DNA of 64,000 bases, taken from IMG/VR virus record IMGVR_UViG_2706796482_000001, positions 1 to 64,000 of that record. One strand, given 5' to 3'. Origin of the DNA: a virus. Lineage: Duplodnaviria > Caudoviricetes. The notes under the pieces are model-generated. The model ran no database searches. It had not been told where the DNA came from and saw only the letters and a program-made list of their open reading frames with translations. Within the stretch, counting starts at the first letter, position 1; every line of letters begins with the position of its first letter. Shown one piece after another: positions 16,230 to 25,877 of this stretch. A program made the translations under genes and the position numbers.

Positions 16230-16852
16230 ATGAAGTCCGTCTCTTGTACGATGCTCTTTTCAAGACCTGTGATGTAAACAAGGTCAGCCCAGGTAGGCTT
16301 TGAGCAATATCCATTTAGCTCACCGGCCTTTGCATACGCATAAAGCGTGTCGTCGTATTGGCCAGTCAATCCATCTCGTTCGAGCAAGGCTCTAATCTTT
16401 TGAGCACCTTGCTCAGAGTACATCATTGACACGCCACCATATCTCTGATAGACCTTAGTAAGACTTCTGCTGACGCCATCTCGTCGTTCATCGAACATCT
16501 TGTCAGAGTCTCTTGGAATAAAGAGTGAGAAGAAGTCCCAGTCATCTGGCAATTCAGCAACGCGCTGCTCGAAATTCATCTGAAAATCGTCATGCAGCAA
16601 AGCGTCATCCTCAAAGGTCACAATGGGTGCCTTTTCAATCGCATTCAGTACACTGTACCAAATGCCAAGATGACCCAAACGAGCGTCCCAGTTTATTGGG
16701 TATGTGTGCTTCGTCTGGGCCTCACGTAGTTCATCAATATCACGTCCATCTACCGTACGAACGCGAACATGCTCCCAGCCATCAAGCTTTGGGAGCATTT
16801 TCTGAATGTAGTGCAGACGTGAATAGTCAATACTGAATATTGTGTATTTCAT
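16226..16852 (-). CDS. Glycosyltransferase family 25-like
   Basis: VDGR, GHLGIWYS, FEDDA and LPDDWD motifs. Confidence 0.8.
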   Translation of the reverse strand: MKYTIFSIDYSRLHYIQKMLPKLDGWEHVRVRTVDGRDIDELREAQTKHTYPINWDARLGHLGIWYSVLNAIEKAPIVTFEDDALLHDDFQMNFEQRVAELPDDWDFFSLFIPRDSDKMFDERRDGVSRSLTKVYQRYGGVSMMYSEQGAQKIRALLERDGLTGQYDDTLYAYAKAGELNGYCSKPTWADLVYITGLEKSIVQETDFI

Positions 16853-16870
16853 ATCCTTAGTTTCTCTAAG

Positions 16871-16941
16871 AGCCCCGCAAGAGAATCGAACTCTTGACTC
16901 TTCATTACGAAAGAAGTGCGTTTCCACTACGCCAGCGGGGC
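16871..16941 (-). tRNA. tRNA-Thr(CGT)
   Basis: Acceptor GCCCCGC/GCGGGGC, D-loop TAGTGG, anticodon loop TTCGTAA, T-arm GTTCGATTC; CCA not encoded. Confidence 0.85.
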
Positions 16942-16951
16942 AGCGGTGAAA

Positions 16952-17425
16952 TCAGAGCTTCCACCAGGCTCGTCTACGACGACGACGGGACTTCTTTACC
17001 TTTATTACACTCAGTATACACAGAGCAACGGCAATAGTCAATGCCAGCGGTGTCGCTCCGAAATAGAACATGGCTCCAGTGAAACCAAACAGAGCTATTC
17101 GAAGCTTCCATACATTGTTAATGAATCCTGGTCGTCTTGGTGCCGGGCGAGTTGAGCCAGCGAACCTGGCTCCCTTTGATTGATTGCATCTCAGGTGAGC
17201 AAGGGCTACATTGCCCCAAACATGCCCAGGAGAGTCCTTTCGCCATGACAAAGGAACGATGTGGTCGAGAGACGCAGACTTTGGATGAGGATATTTGAGC
17301 CTCTTTGAGACTCGCTTGCCACATAGATGGCAGGTCCAATTTGACTGCGCGTAAACGACCGGCCTGGTAATGGATGGGTCATATGGGACGCCATACTCTA
17401 TGCAACGGTCTTCATCTGTCTTCAT
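16952..17425 (-). CDS. HNH endonuclease with a C-terminal membrane anchor
   Basis: CHLCG...SLDHIVPLS...GH..GNVALAHLRCNQSKG, then two hydrophobic segments and a basic tail. Confidence 0.8.
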   Translation of the reverse strand: MKTDEDRCIEYGVPYDPSITRPVVYAQSNWTCHLCGKRVSKRLKYPHPKSASLDHIVPLSWRKDSPGHVWGNVALAHLRCNQSKGARFAGSTRPAPRRPGFINNVWKLRIALFGFTGAMFYFGATPLALTIAVALCILSVIKVKKSRRRRRRAWWKL

Positions 17426-17452
17426 AACAGAAGCATAGCATGACTGTCAAGC

Positions 17453-17989
17453 TTAGTACCAGTTGTTGCGCTGAAAGAAGCCCCAGGCGTTACAAGGAGA
17501 GCCGTAGCGGTCATCGATGTAATCCACGCCCCACTTTACTTGCGTAAATGGATTGGTCTTCCAGTCTTTACCAGCGCTTTGCATCTTTTTGGCCGGTAGT
17601 GCTTGAGGAATCCCATAAGCACCAGAAGATGAGTTCACTGCATCATGTTCCCATTCACTCTCATGGTTCCATAGCTTATTGAGACAAGAGAACTGCTTCG
17701 CACCGACCTTTTCCTTGGCAAACTCCTTCGGAGTAGGCTTTGGCAAAGGTGTACGACTAAGCAGTGAACTCAAAGACGGCTTGGGCTGTACAACAGCCTT
17801 TGGAGCCTCACTTTTGCTTGGTGTTGCTGATGGCGATGTTGATGGACGTTCAGCCACTGGCTTTGGGTTGTCCAAAGGCAGATTACCAGTCTCTGACAAA
17901 GCAGTTACAACTGTTGCTGTAGCTACTCCGATGCAGAGAGCGATAGCGGCTATATTGCCCCTCATATCTTGACCCATTGTTACCTCCAA
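17453..17989 (-). CDS. Secreted lytic transglycosylase (SLT/Rpf-like)
   Basis: Signal/TM segment; LWNHES.W...SSGAYGIPQALP...YIDDRYGSPC. Confidence 0.85.
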   Translation of the reverse strand: MEVTMGQDMRGNIAAIALCIGVATATVVTALSETGNLPLDNPKPVAERPSTSPSATPSKSEAPKAVVQPKPSLSSLLSRTPLPKPTPKEFAKEKVGAKQFSCLNKLWNHESEWEHDAVNSSSGAYGIPQALPAKKMQSAGKDWKTNPFTQVKWGVDYIDDRYGSPCNAWGFFQRNNWY

Positions 17990-18032
17990 GTCCGAGTCAG
18001 TCCAATGAGACTACAGGGCTTGGAGTTAGATG

Positions 18033-18200
18033 TCAATCCAAGACTGAGATGTACTTAACAATCTTTACGGAGAGGGCTCCATCAGCCTCAAGCTCAGCCT
18101 TCTCGATGAGAGCTTCTGCATGAGACACAATCTCATCGGTTTCCTTGAATTCTCCCTTAGTGTTTCTGTACTTAAGGAAGTATCCCTTGACTTCTGTCAT
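18033..18200 (-). CDS. Hypothetical protein (55 aa)
   Basis: Manual translation MTEVKGYFLKY...; GGAGG RBS. Confidence 0.65.
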   Translation of the reverse strand: MTEVKGYFLKYRNTKGEFKETDEIVSHAEALIEKAELEADGALSVKIVKYISVLD

Positions 18201-18373
18201 GACTCCTCCTGGAATCGTAGGTGTTCGAACTTGACAATCTTGACGTTCCTAGCGCCATCCTCTTCAAGAATAGACTTCTGGAAGTTGGCAGAACGACGAC
18301 AGAATAGTTCTTCTGTTTCTAGATTCTTTCCATCTAGCTCATAGGTTAGATAGAATAGATGGTTATTTTGCAT
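18197..18373 (-). CDS. Hypothetical protein (58 aa), paralog of 18033-18200
   Basis: LEEDGARNVKIVKF versus LEADGALSVKIVKY. Confidence 0.65.
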   Translation of the reverse strand: MQNNHLFYLTYELDGKNLETEELFCRRSANFQKSILEEDGARNVKIVKFEHLRFQEES

Positions 18374-18414
18374 TCTTCTCTCCTTTGAATTTGAATAGAT
18401 TAAATCCCCCCCCC

Positions 18415-18690
18415 AGCGTGCCTAGAGTGATAATCACTCGCTGTTGAGTCTGCGTCACTGCCACGACAAGGGCCTCACAGTCACACGCGCCTTGTCCTCT
18501 GGTGTTAGCCTTTGCTAACTTCTTCACTTTATATTTCCGGGCGATGTATAGACTTGGCGGAAGAACGGGTCAAGAAGGCCATTAGACTACAGAGACAGTG
18601 ACATCTGTAGAATTTGTCTATACCACAGCTATGTGTGACGCGGGTAGCCTCCGCTGCCTTCCCCTTGTCATCCATGTGGCTAGGGTCCTA
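18415..18690. ncRNA. Candidate structured RNA or origin element
   Basis: Nested helices 18452-58/18635-41, 18465-71/18490-96, 18504-09/18514-19, 18546-53/18616-23, 18587-93/18604-10. Confidence 0.4.
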
Positions 18691-18906
18691 TTATTTCAAG
18701 GAAGGAGAACTCCGGGAACATAAAAAGACCCTGGAGGTCGCACCCTCCAGGGTCTTAGAATCCCACGCTGGTGCGACAGCATGTGTTGTTAACAACACAG
18801 TATCACGTGTGCCAGCGTGAGTCAAATTGTCGTTGAGTGGCTGTGAGTCCACCCAACTGATATAATCGTAGCATAGCTCAAAGAGCATGTCAACAGAAGG
18901 GAAGCT

Positions 18907-19875
18907 ATGGATATCAGCTTTTCAACGATTCCGGGCAATTTGAATACGACCATCGGATATGGCGTAGCCGGATTCAACATGGTTCGGAGTCTACAGAAGC
19001 TAGGCCATAGAGTGCCCTTTGCAGACAAGAACTGTAAGATTGAGATTTTCTTCTCACAGCCAGATTACTGGGAATGGAGTAACCAGTTCTCCTACCATAT
19101 CGGATACACCCCTTGGGAGTCAACTGCTTTGCCACCGGGCTGGCTTGAGTCTATGAATCTTGCCAATGAAGTCTGGACCACATCTGAAATCATCAGACGA
19201 TGGTACACCGCAGCAGGTGTGAAGAACGTAAAGGTCTATCCTCACGGCATTGACCCTCAATGGACTCCAAAGAGCCGTCACGTGCATGAGAAGATGAAGT
19301 TTCTTCACATGGGTGAACCTGCTCCTCGAAAGGGAGGTCAGATGGCTGTAGACGCATTCCGTGCAGCCTTCGGAGACAACCCCGATGTAGAGCTTACAGT
19401 CAAGGCTCACCGATTGAACAATACACGCCGGTACGAGAACGGCAGAATCATTGGTGCAATTGATGAGTACAGCAATGTGAAGCTTGTGACGCAGGAACTC
19501 CCAGAAGACCATCTGGTTAGCTTCGTCAAGCAGCATCATGTCATGGTATATCCAAGCTGGGGAGAGGGCTTCGGTCTCATTCCATTCCAGGCTATCGCCA
19601 CGGGAATGCCAACGATTTGCACAGCCAAGTGGGCAGACTACAAGAGCTATCTTGGACCATTGGGCCTTGATTCAAAGCTTGCAGAGTCACCTTGGCCCGG
19701 TACTCATCCAGGAAAGATGCTAGAACCAAGCTTCGATGACCTTGTAGATAAGTACAGATACGCATACGAACATTTCGATGCTCTCAGTAGCTATTTCTAC
19801 TTGCAGGCACCACGTTTGCATGAAGAATATAACTGGGAAACATTGACGGAGAAGGCTTTCGCCCACTTGATTTAG
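18907..19875 (+). CDS. Glycosyltransferase family 4 (GT-B)
   Basis: RKGG and VYPSWGEGFGLIPFQAIATGMP motifs. Confidence 0.88.
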   Translation: MDISFSTIPGNLNTTIGYGVAGFNMVRSLQKLGHRVPFADKNCKIEIFFSQPDYWEWSNQFSYHIGYTPWESTALPPGWLESMNLANEVWTTSEIIRRWYTAAGVKNVKVYPHGIDPQWTPKSRHVHEKMKFLHMGEPAPRKGGQMAVDAFRAAFGDNPDVELTVKAHRLNNTRRYENGRIIGAIDEYSNVKLVTQELPEDHLVSFVKQHHVMVYPSWGEGFGLIPFQAIATGMPTICTAKWADYKSYLGPLGLDSKLAESPWPGTHPGKMLEPSFDDLVDKYRYAYEHFDALSSYFYLQAPRLHEEYNWETLTEKAFAHLI

Positions 19876-19955
19876 GTGGGCGTTTGCTGTACCATTGAGG
19901 AACTACGCGATGATAGCCGTGTCCATTCGGGGCTCGGCAAGAAGGGATTTTTACT

Positions 19956-21899
19956 TTGACTTTGGTCAACGATAAGGGCTTTCTAACAGACCCTTACAGA
20001 AACTTCATCCACACAAGCAGATACGCAAGGTACCGTGATGACCTTGGACGACGTGAAACTTATGTGGAGACTGTTGACAGATACATGAACTATATGCGCA
20101 ACAGTCTGATTAACAATCACGGATACGGAATTCCCGAAGAGGATTACGACCTCGTTCGGGATTTTATTCTTGAGCAGGGTGCAATGCCCTCCATGCGTGC
20201 CATGATGACTTCTGGTCCAGCTCTAGACCGCGACAATGTTGCAGCCTACAACTGTTCCTACGTCACAATTGATGACCCACGAGCATTCGATGAGACTCTG
20301 TACATTCTTATGAATGGTACTGGAGTTGGCTTCTCTGTCGAAGAGAAGTACGTTCGAAAGCTTCCAGTCATTGCAGAAGAGTTTGAAGCAACTGAGAGTG
20401 TAATCAAGGTTGCTGACAGCAAGGAAGGTTGGGCACGAGCATATCGTGAGCTAATGAGCCTTCTTTGGGGTGGCCGTGTTCCCCGTTGGGATACCTCTAA
20501 GGTACGTCCAGCAGGTGCTAGGCTAAAGACTTTTGGTGGTAGGGCTTCTGGTCCTGGTCCACTAGAACAGCTTTTCCAGTTCACAATTGACATTTTCACC
20601 AAGGCGGCCGGTAGGCAGTTGACCTCTCTTGAGGCTCATGACCTTGTTTGTAAGATTGCAGAAGTTGTAGTTGTTGGTGGAGTAAGGCGCTCAGCGCTTA
20701 TTTCTCTTTCCGACCTCTCTGACCTACGCATGGCAACAGCAAAGTCCGGTAGCTGGTGGGAAGGAAATGGCCAGCGTGCTCTTGCCAACAATTCAGTAGC
20801 TTATACATCAAAGCCTGACATGACAGCCTTCATGGCTGAGTGGAAGAATCTTTACGACAGCAAGTCTGGTGAAAGAGGAATCTTCAATAGGCAGGCTGCA
20901 AAGGTACAAGCAGCTAAGAATGAAAGGCGAGATGGCAGTTTCGACTTCGGAACTAATCCATGCTCAGAGATTATCCTTCGACCTAATCAGTTCTGTAACC
21001 TGACTGAGGTTGTTGTCCGACCAGACGACACCACAGAAACTCTGATGCGAAAGGTAAAGGCCGCCACAATTCTCGGAACGTGGCAGTCAACACTTACGAA
21101 CTTCAAGTATCTTCGTAAGATTTGGAAGAAGAACACCGAGGAAGAAAGACTGCTTGGCGTTTCTCTTACCGGCCAGTTCGGTAACAGACTGATGTCAGGT
21201 CAGGAAGGCATGAAGGAGCTAAAGGATGCCCTTGAAGCTCTTAAGTACAAGGCGGTAGCAGTAAATGCTGAGGTTGCTGATGCAATTGGTATTCCTCGTT
21301 CTGCTGCAATCACCTGTGTCAAGCCTTCTGGAACTGTTTCACAGCTAGTGGGCGTTCCTTCTGGAATGCACACAGAGCATGACCACTTCTATATTCGAAC
21401 GGTACGAGGAGACAACAAGGACCCTCTTACTCAGTTCCTCAAGGACAGTGGAGTTCCAAATGAGCCTGACGTAATGAAGCCAAATGACACCACAGTCTTT
21501 AGCTTCCCTAAGAAGGCAGCAGATGGTGCGCTCACTCGAAATGACCTTACGGCAATCGAGCACCTTGAAATCTGGCTTGCATATCAGCGAGCCTGGTGTG
21601 AGCACAAGCCATCTATCACTGTTTCTGTAAAGGAGCATGAGTGGATGGAAGTAGGAGCTTGGGTTTACAAGCACTTCGATGAAGTGTCTGGAATCTCATT
21701 CCTGCCATTCTCAGAGCACACGTACAAGCAGGCACCTTATCAGTCCATTACTGAGGCTGAATACAAGGAATGGCTTGAGCGTATGCCTTCTGAGATTCAG
21801 TGGGACCTTCTTCCGACTTATGAAGAAGGCGACAACACCACTGGTTCACAGGAACTGGCCTGTTCAGCGGGCCAGTGTGAAGTAGTTGATATTGGATAA
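19956..21899 (+). CDS. nrdJ: Class II (B12-dependent) ribonucleotide reductase
   Basis: AAYNCSY, VVGGVRRSA, TNPCSEI, CVKPSGTVS and C-terminal CSAGQCE. Confidence 0.92.
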   Translation: MTLVNDKGFLTDPYRNFIHTSRYARYRDDLGRRETYVETVDRYMNYMRNSLINNHGYGIPEEDYDLVRDFILEQGAMPSMRAMMTSGPALDRDNVAAYNCSYVTIDDPRAFDETLYILMNGTGVGFSVEEKYVRKLPVIAEEFEATESVIKVADSKEGWARAYRELMSLLWGGRVPRWDTSKVRPAGARLKTFGGRASGPGPLEQLFQFTIDIFTKAAGRQLTSLEAHDLVCKIAEVVVVGGVRRSALISLSDLSDLRMATAKSGSWWEGNGQRALANNSVAYTSKPDMTAFMAEWKNLYDSKSGERGIFNRQAAKVQAAKNERRDGSFDFGTNPCSEIILRPNQFCNLTEVVVRPDDTTETLMRKVKAATILGTWQSTLTNFKYLRKIWKKNTEEERLLGVSLTGQFGNRLMSGQEGMKELKDALEALKYKAVAVNAEVADAIGIPRSAAITCVKPSGTVSQLVGVPSGMHTEHDHFYIRTVRGDNKDPLTQFLKDSGVPNEPDVMKPNDTTVFSFPKKAADGALTRNDLTAIEHLEIWLAYQRAWCEHKPSITVSVKEHEWMEVGAWVYKHFDEVSGISFLPFSEHTYKQAPYQSITEAEYKEWLERMPSEIQWDLLPTYEEGDNTTGSQELACSAGQCEVVDIG

Positions 21900-21944
21900 T
21901 TAGCAGAATTTGCATTTCTGCTAATTAGAGTATATAATTGAACC

Positions 21945-22448
21945 ATGACCACATACTCATGGTTCACGGCTGAGGAAAGAGCCTCCTGGCCCTCTGAACA
22001 CAAAAAGTGTAGGGGATGCCGGGAGGTTCTTCCTTTTTCCGCATTCCACAAGCATAAGCAGGCTCTATTTGGATACGCTAACAAGTGCAAGGAATGTAGA
22101 AAGCCAACATCAAAGCAAAACTACAGCAAGCAAAGCTGGGAATATAAGATGTGGTATCGTGCCCGAGCACGCTCAAGAGAGAATGGTCGAGAATTCACTA
22201 TTCAGCTAGAAGATATTGTTATTCCTAGTGAATGTCCAATTCTCAAAAGGCCATTCGTATTCGTGGCGAATAGTCCGTGGGTTCCGTCTCTAGACAGGAT
22301 TGACCCGAGTCGTGGATATACTCCTGACAACATTATGGTCATTTCCAGCAGAGCGAACACACTAAAGAACAACGCCTCTAAGGAGGAAGCTAGACTTCTT
22401 GCTGACTGGATGGAGGCCAATTGCAACTGGACCATTGTTAGGTGCTAG
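21945..22448 (+). CDS. HNH-like endonuclease, leaderless
   Basis: CRGC/CKEC, CPIL...PSLDRIDPSRGYTPDNIMVISSRAN. Confidence 0.8.
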   Translation: MTTYSWFTAEERASWPSEHKKCRGCREVLPFSAFHKHKQALFGYANKCKECRKPTSKQNYSKQSWEYKMWYRARARSRENGREFTIQLEDIVIPSECPILKRPFVFVANSPWVPSLDRIDPSRGYTPDNIMVISSRANTLKNNASKEEARLLADWMEANCNWTIVRC

Positions 22449-22453
22449 CCCTT

Positions 22454-22495
22454 TTGCTTCATAGTCTCCTTGGATTTATACTACTAACCGAGGAG
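22454..22495 (+). promoter_or_regulatory. Endolysin promoter inside an RBS-sequestering hairpin
   Basis: TTGCTT-N17-TATACT; CTCCTTGG 22466-73 pairs with CCGAGGAG 22488-95. Confidence 0.65.
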
Positions 22496-22506
22496 GTGAA
22501 CTAATA

Positions 22507-23931
22507 ATGGCAACACCAATGACAGCAACACAGATTGTAGCTCAACTAAAGAAGTGGGGAATCAAGTACAAGGAAGTAAAGTCTTGGAAGACCCACAACA
22601 GAGATTCTGCAAGTGGTAAGTCTTTTGGTCCAGTAAATGGATTCATTTGGCATCACACGGGAGCAGACGTAAGTACAGCTAATGCTGCTAGCTATGCGGC
22701 ATCAACTCTCTACAATGGACTAAGCACTCTTCCAGGTCCGCTTTGCCAGTTTGGTCTAGCGCCAGATGGTATGCTTTACCTAGTTGGATGGGGACGTGCA
22801 AATCACGCTGGTGGAGGAGACCCAAAGGTTCTCCAGCACGTAATTGATGAAGATTACTCTGGGCAGCTAAAGCCTACTAAGGGTAATTCAAATGGTGTAG
22901 ATGGAAACGACCGTTTCTATGGCGTTGAAATCATGTACTCCGGAAGCCGTAAAATGTCTTCTGCTCAGTATCAGACTGCGCTAAAGCTTTCAGCAGCTAT
23001 TCTCGATTTCCACAAGTGGTCCGAAAAGAGCTGCATCGCTCACGGAGAATGGTCAAATGATAAGTGGGATGTTGGCTATGCATCTGGAAAGATGATGAAT
23101 ATGGCTGATGTTCGTGCTGACATTAAGGCTACACTTAAGGCCGGTCCAAAGGGAACTGTTCCAGCTCCTTCAAAGCCAGCGCCTACAATCCCTAAGCCAA
23201 CTGCTGATACATACACTGTAAAGAAGGGTGATACTCTATGGAGTATTTCCCAGGCGCTTAAGGTGACTGTCGCAGACCTCAAGTCTTGGAATGGGCTAAA
23301 GTCCGATGACCTATCAATTGGTCAGGTTCTCAAGACAAAGAAGCCCGCTACAACCCCTACAAAGCCAACCACTCCTACAGTGCCTGTTCCTGTGCCAGTA
23401 ATTGTTCCTAAGTCTCGTGAGACAAAGGACGTTATTGTTGCGCAGTCAGCAATTGCGCTCAAGGCATGGCCTTTCATCAGCGAAATTGAGAAGGCCAAGG
23501 GACTTCCAACAGGAATGCTCCTTGCAGTCGGTTCTCGTGAAACCAATCTCACCAATGTAATTGGCGACGGTGGAAATGGTTTCGGTGTATGGCAGCGTGA
23601 CAAGCGTTACTGGCCAGTCGATGAATCATATCTAAATGATGTGAAGAAGCAGGCCGAAGACGCAGCAACACTGCTTGCAGCAAACTATAAGGTTCTAAAG
23701 AGTTGGGATTATGCTGTAGCCGCTTACAATGCAGGTGTGGATGGAGTTCAAAAGGCTCTAGCCGCTCTAAAGTCTGCTGACGCAGCAACAACAGGTGGAG
23801 ATTATGCAGCCGATGTTCTTGGAAGACTAGCGTTTACCAAGGATGTGGCTCCAACAACGACGCCAACACCAACGCTAGAACAGCGTGTCGCAGACCTCGA
23901 AAAGAGAGTCGCTGCACTTGAAAAGAAGTAA
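22507..23931 (+). CDS. Endolysin: amidase, LysM and lysozyme-like domains
   Basis: WHHTG...ANHAG amidase-2; [13 protein letters not shown] LysM; SRETN...GVWQ...AAYNAG. Confidence 0.9.
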   Translation: MATPMTATQIVAQLKKWGIKYKEVKSWKTHNRDSASGKSFGPVNGFIWHHTGADVSTANAASYAASTLYNGLSTLPGPLCQFGLAPDGMLYLVGWGRANHAGGGDPKVLQHVIDEDYSGQLKPTKGNSNGVDGNDRFYGVEIMYSGSRKMSSAQYQTALKLSAAILDFHKWSEKSCIAHGEWSNDKWDVGYASGKMMNMADVRADIKATLKAGPKGTVPAPSKPAPTIPKPTADTYTVKKGDTLWSISQALKVTVADLKSWNGLKSDDLSIGQVLKTKKPATTPTKPTTPTVPVPVPVIVPKSRETKDVIVAQSAIALKAWPFISEIEKAKGLPTGMLLAVGSRETNLTNVIGDGGNGFGVWQRDKRYWPVDESYLNDVKKQAEDAATLLAANYKVLKSWDYAVAAYNAGVDGVQKALAALKSADAATTGGDYAADVLGRLAFTKDVAPTTTPTPTLEQRVADLEKRVAALEKK

Positions 23932-23951
23932 CGTATATGCTATCCTGTAGT

Positions 23952-24056
23952 TACAGCCTACGGAAATGAGTCCGAGACTGTCTGGCGACATTCGTGCCGC
24001 TAGCTTAGGATGGATATATTACTGCCAGGCCCCAACGTGAGTTGGGGCTTTTGGCA
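23952..24056 (+). ncRNA. Candidate sRNA (or 24-aa peptide) with its own promoter and terminator
   Basis: TTGAAA-N17-TATCCT at 23918-23946; terminator GCCCCAAC-GTGA-GTTGGGGC-TTTT. Confidence 0.45.
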
Positions 24057-24077
24057 TTTCAGTGGTAAAATCAATAT

Positions 24078-25814
24078 ATGTCTTACCAACTACAAGTTCT
24101 TACAGATGCGCCATTCAGCTATTGGAAGCTGGATGAGACAGGTCCAGCGTTTCCGGATTCAGCCGGAAGCATGAGGACCGCTGACCTCGTGGGAACAATC
24201 ACTCGTCATCCTGCCCTAGTAACAGGCTCAGGCAACGCTCTCGTATTGGATAATACGAACCACCTGGACATGGACGACCCTGTTTTCAACAAAGGCTACG
24301 AGCTACGTCAGTTCTCTCTAGAGGCATGGGTGAAGCCTGTCAAGATTACGGGTGAGGTGTCAGTCATGAGTCATTCTGGAATCTATGATGGATTGACCAT
24401 TACTCCGACACACATCTATTTCAGCACAAAGTATCTGACGGCCGGTAGCTGTGAGGTTTCATACGAATACTCAACAGGTAAGTCCTTCCATGTCGTAGGC
24501 GTTCACACCAATGCAAAGAACTCTCTATATGTAGATGGAGTATTGGTAGCAGAGACTGACCTGACAGATGAACAGCAAATAGACAGCTATTCATTCCTTA
24601 CTTCTGACCTTATTGCAGGACAGGGCTCAGGAACCATCGCTCTCGATGCACCAGCCGTTTACACAGACGCCCTTGGAGCAGAAGCTATTTCAAGGCATTA
24701 TTTCAATGGCGTGGATGTAGATACCAGTGAAGCCATTGCAGGATTCAATGATGCAATCTTCTGGAACTTCACAGACGAGACACGCAATATTGCAATCAAG
24801 AAGGTCTGGGCGTCTGATGATGATTGGTCAGACGCAGTTCTTACTGATGTTGCGGTGATTGACGGAACTATTGTGCCAAGCTATTCTCAGACAGAGACCG
24901 AAGTGGTAGAGGATGGCCTTATTGTCCCCGTTTACGAAAATACTTCTTTGCCTGGTGTCTGGCTAGCGTCCCTCTCATTTACTTCAATTCCAGAAGAGAC
25001 CATTACAGACGCGAGAATCAATTGGGTGGGCGAAGGAAGTTACACCATTGAATACTCTGTTGATGGTGGAAACATTTGGCTGGAGCCTTCTGACTCAGGA
25101 GCTACAGTTTTGGACAATGAAAGTGTCATCGACATTCGAGTCACATTCGATGGTGGAATTGTAGATGACGAGAGTTTCGTCAGCTCAATTGAAGTCGTTG
25201 GTTACTTGGATAAGTATTACCGTGGCAGCCGTGCCGACAGAACTGCACAAATGTCCGGTACAGGAGTTGTCAGTTCTAGCTACTTTGAACCAATTGAGTA
25301 TGCAGACGTAAACGGACTACGCATCATTACTGGCACAGTCAACGTCTCCCTTGATGATTCATATGAGGGGGAGCAGGAAGCTGGAGACCTTAATGTCAAT
25401 GGCATTGACATGTGGATAAAGCCTACTGTTGGAAACATCCTTACTGCAACAGGCATCAGCATCTCTCGTGTCGGAAACACCATTGTGTTTTCAGGATTCA
25501 GTTCATTCACTGTCAATGGAAATTCTGTAACTAGTGGAGACACTGTATTCGACTCAGATAGCTGGTATCACATTGCAGGAGTATTCTCAACTCCTGGAAA
25601 TTACGCAATGTCCATTGCCAGCGCAGGAACAATCATTTCACAACTTTCAGTCATCTATGGCTCACTAAGTCTGCTAGGTCTGCAACAGATATATGCGGCC
25701 TATCTCGGACTACCCGGCCTAATCGTCAATGACACTTCAACTGTAGATATTGGCGAAGGAAGTCCTGCTACAAACCTATACGCGCATGTCTGGGGAATTA
25801 CACCAGCAGGATAG
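24078..25814 (+). CDS. LamG/concanavalin-A-like domain virion protein
   Basis: YWKLDE, FSLEAWVKP, HVVGV...LYVDGVL. Confidence 0.75.
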   Translation: MSYQLQVLTDAPFSYWKLDETGPAFPDSAGSMRTADLVGTITRHPALVTGSGNALVLDNTNHLDMDDPVFNKGYELRQFSLEAWVKPVKITGEVSVMSHSGIYDGLTITPTHIYFSTKYLTAGSCEVSYEYSTGKSFHVVGVHTNAKNSLYVDGVLVAETDLTDEQQIDSYSFLTSDLIAGQGSGTIALDAPAVYTDALGAEAISRHYFNGVDVDTSEAIAGFNDAIFWNFTDETRNIAIKKVWASDDDWSDAVLTDVAVIDGTIVPSYSQTETEVVEDGLIVPVYENTSLPGVWLASLSFTSIPEETITDARINWVGEGSYTIEYSVDGGNIWLEPSDSGATVLDNESVIDIRVTFDGGIVDDESFVSSIEVVGYLDKYYRGSRADRTAQMSGTGVVSSSYFEPIEYADVNGLRIITGTVNVSLDDSYEGEQEAGDLNVNGIDMWIKPTVGNILTATGISISRVGNTIVFSGFSSFTVNGNSVTSGDTVFDSDSWYHIAGVFSTPGNYAMSIASAGTIISQLSVIYGSLSLLGLQQIYAAYLGLPGLIVNDTSTVDIGEGSPATNLYAHVWGITPAG

Positions 25815-25877
25815 CAAATTGGCTCCCATGTCGGGAGCTTTTTTGCTTTTTAACGCCAATGTCCTTATGATATCGGT

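Noticed and set aside
18415-19955. Cobalamin riboswitch or NrdR box controlling nrdJ
   Set aside because: No recognisable B12-box or NrdR consensus by eye, and the structured region is separated from nrdJ by the GT4 gene.
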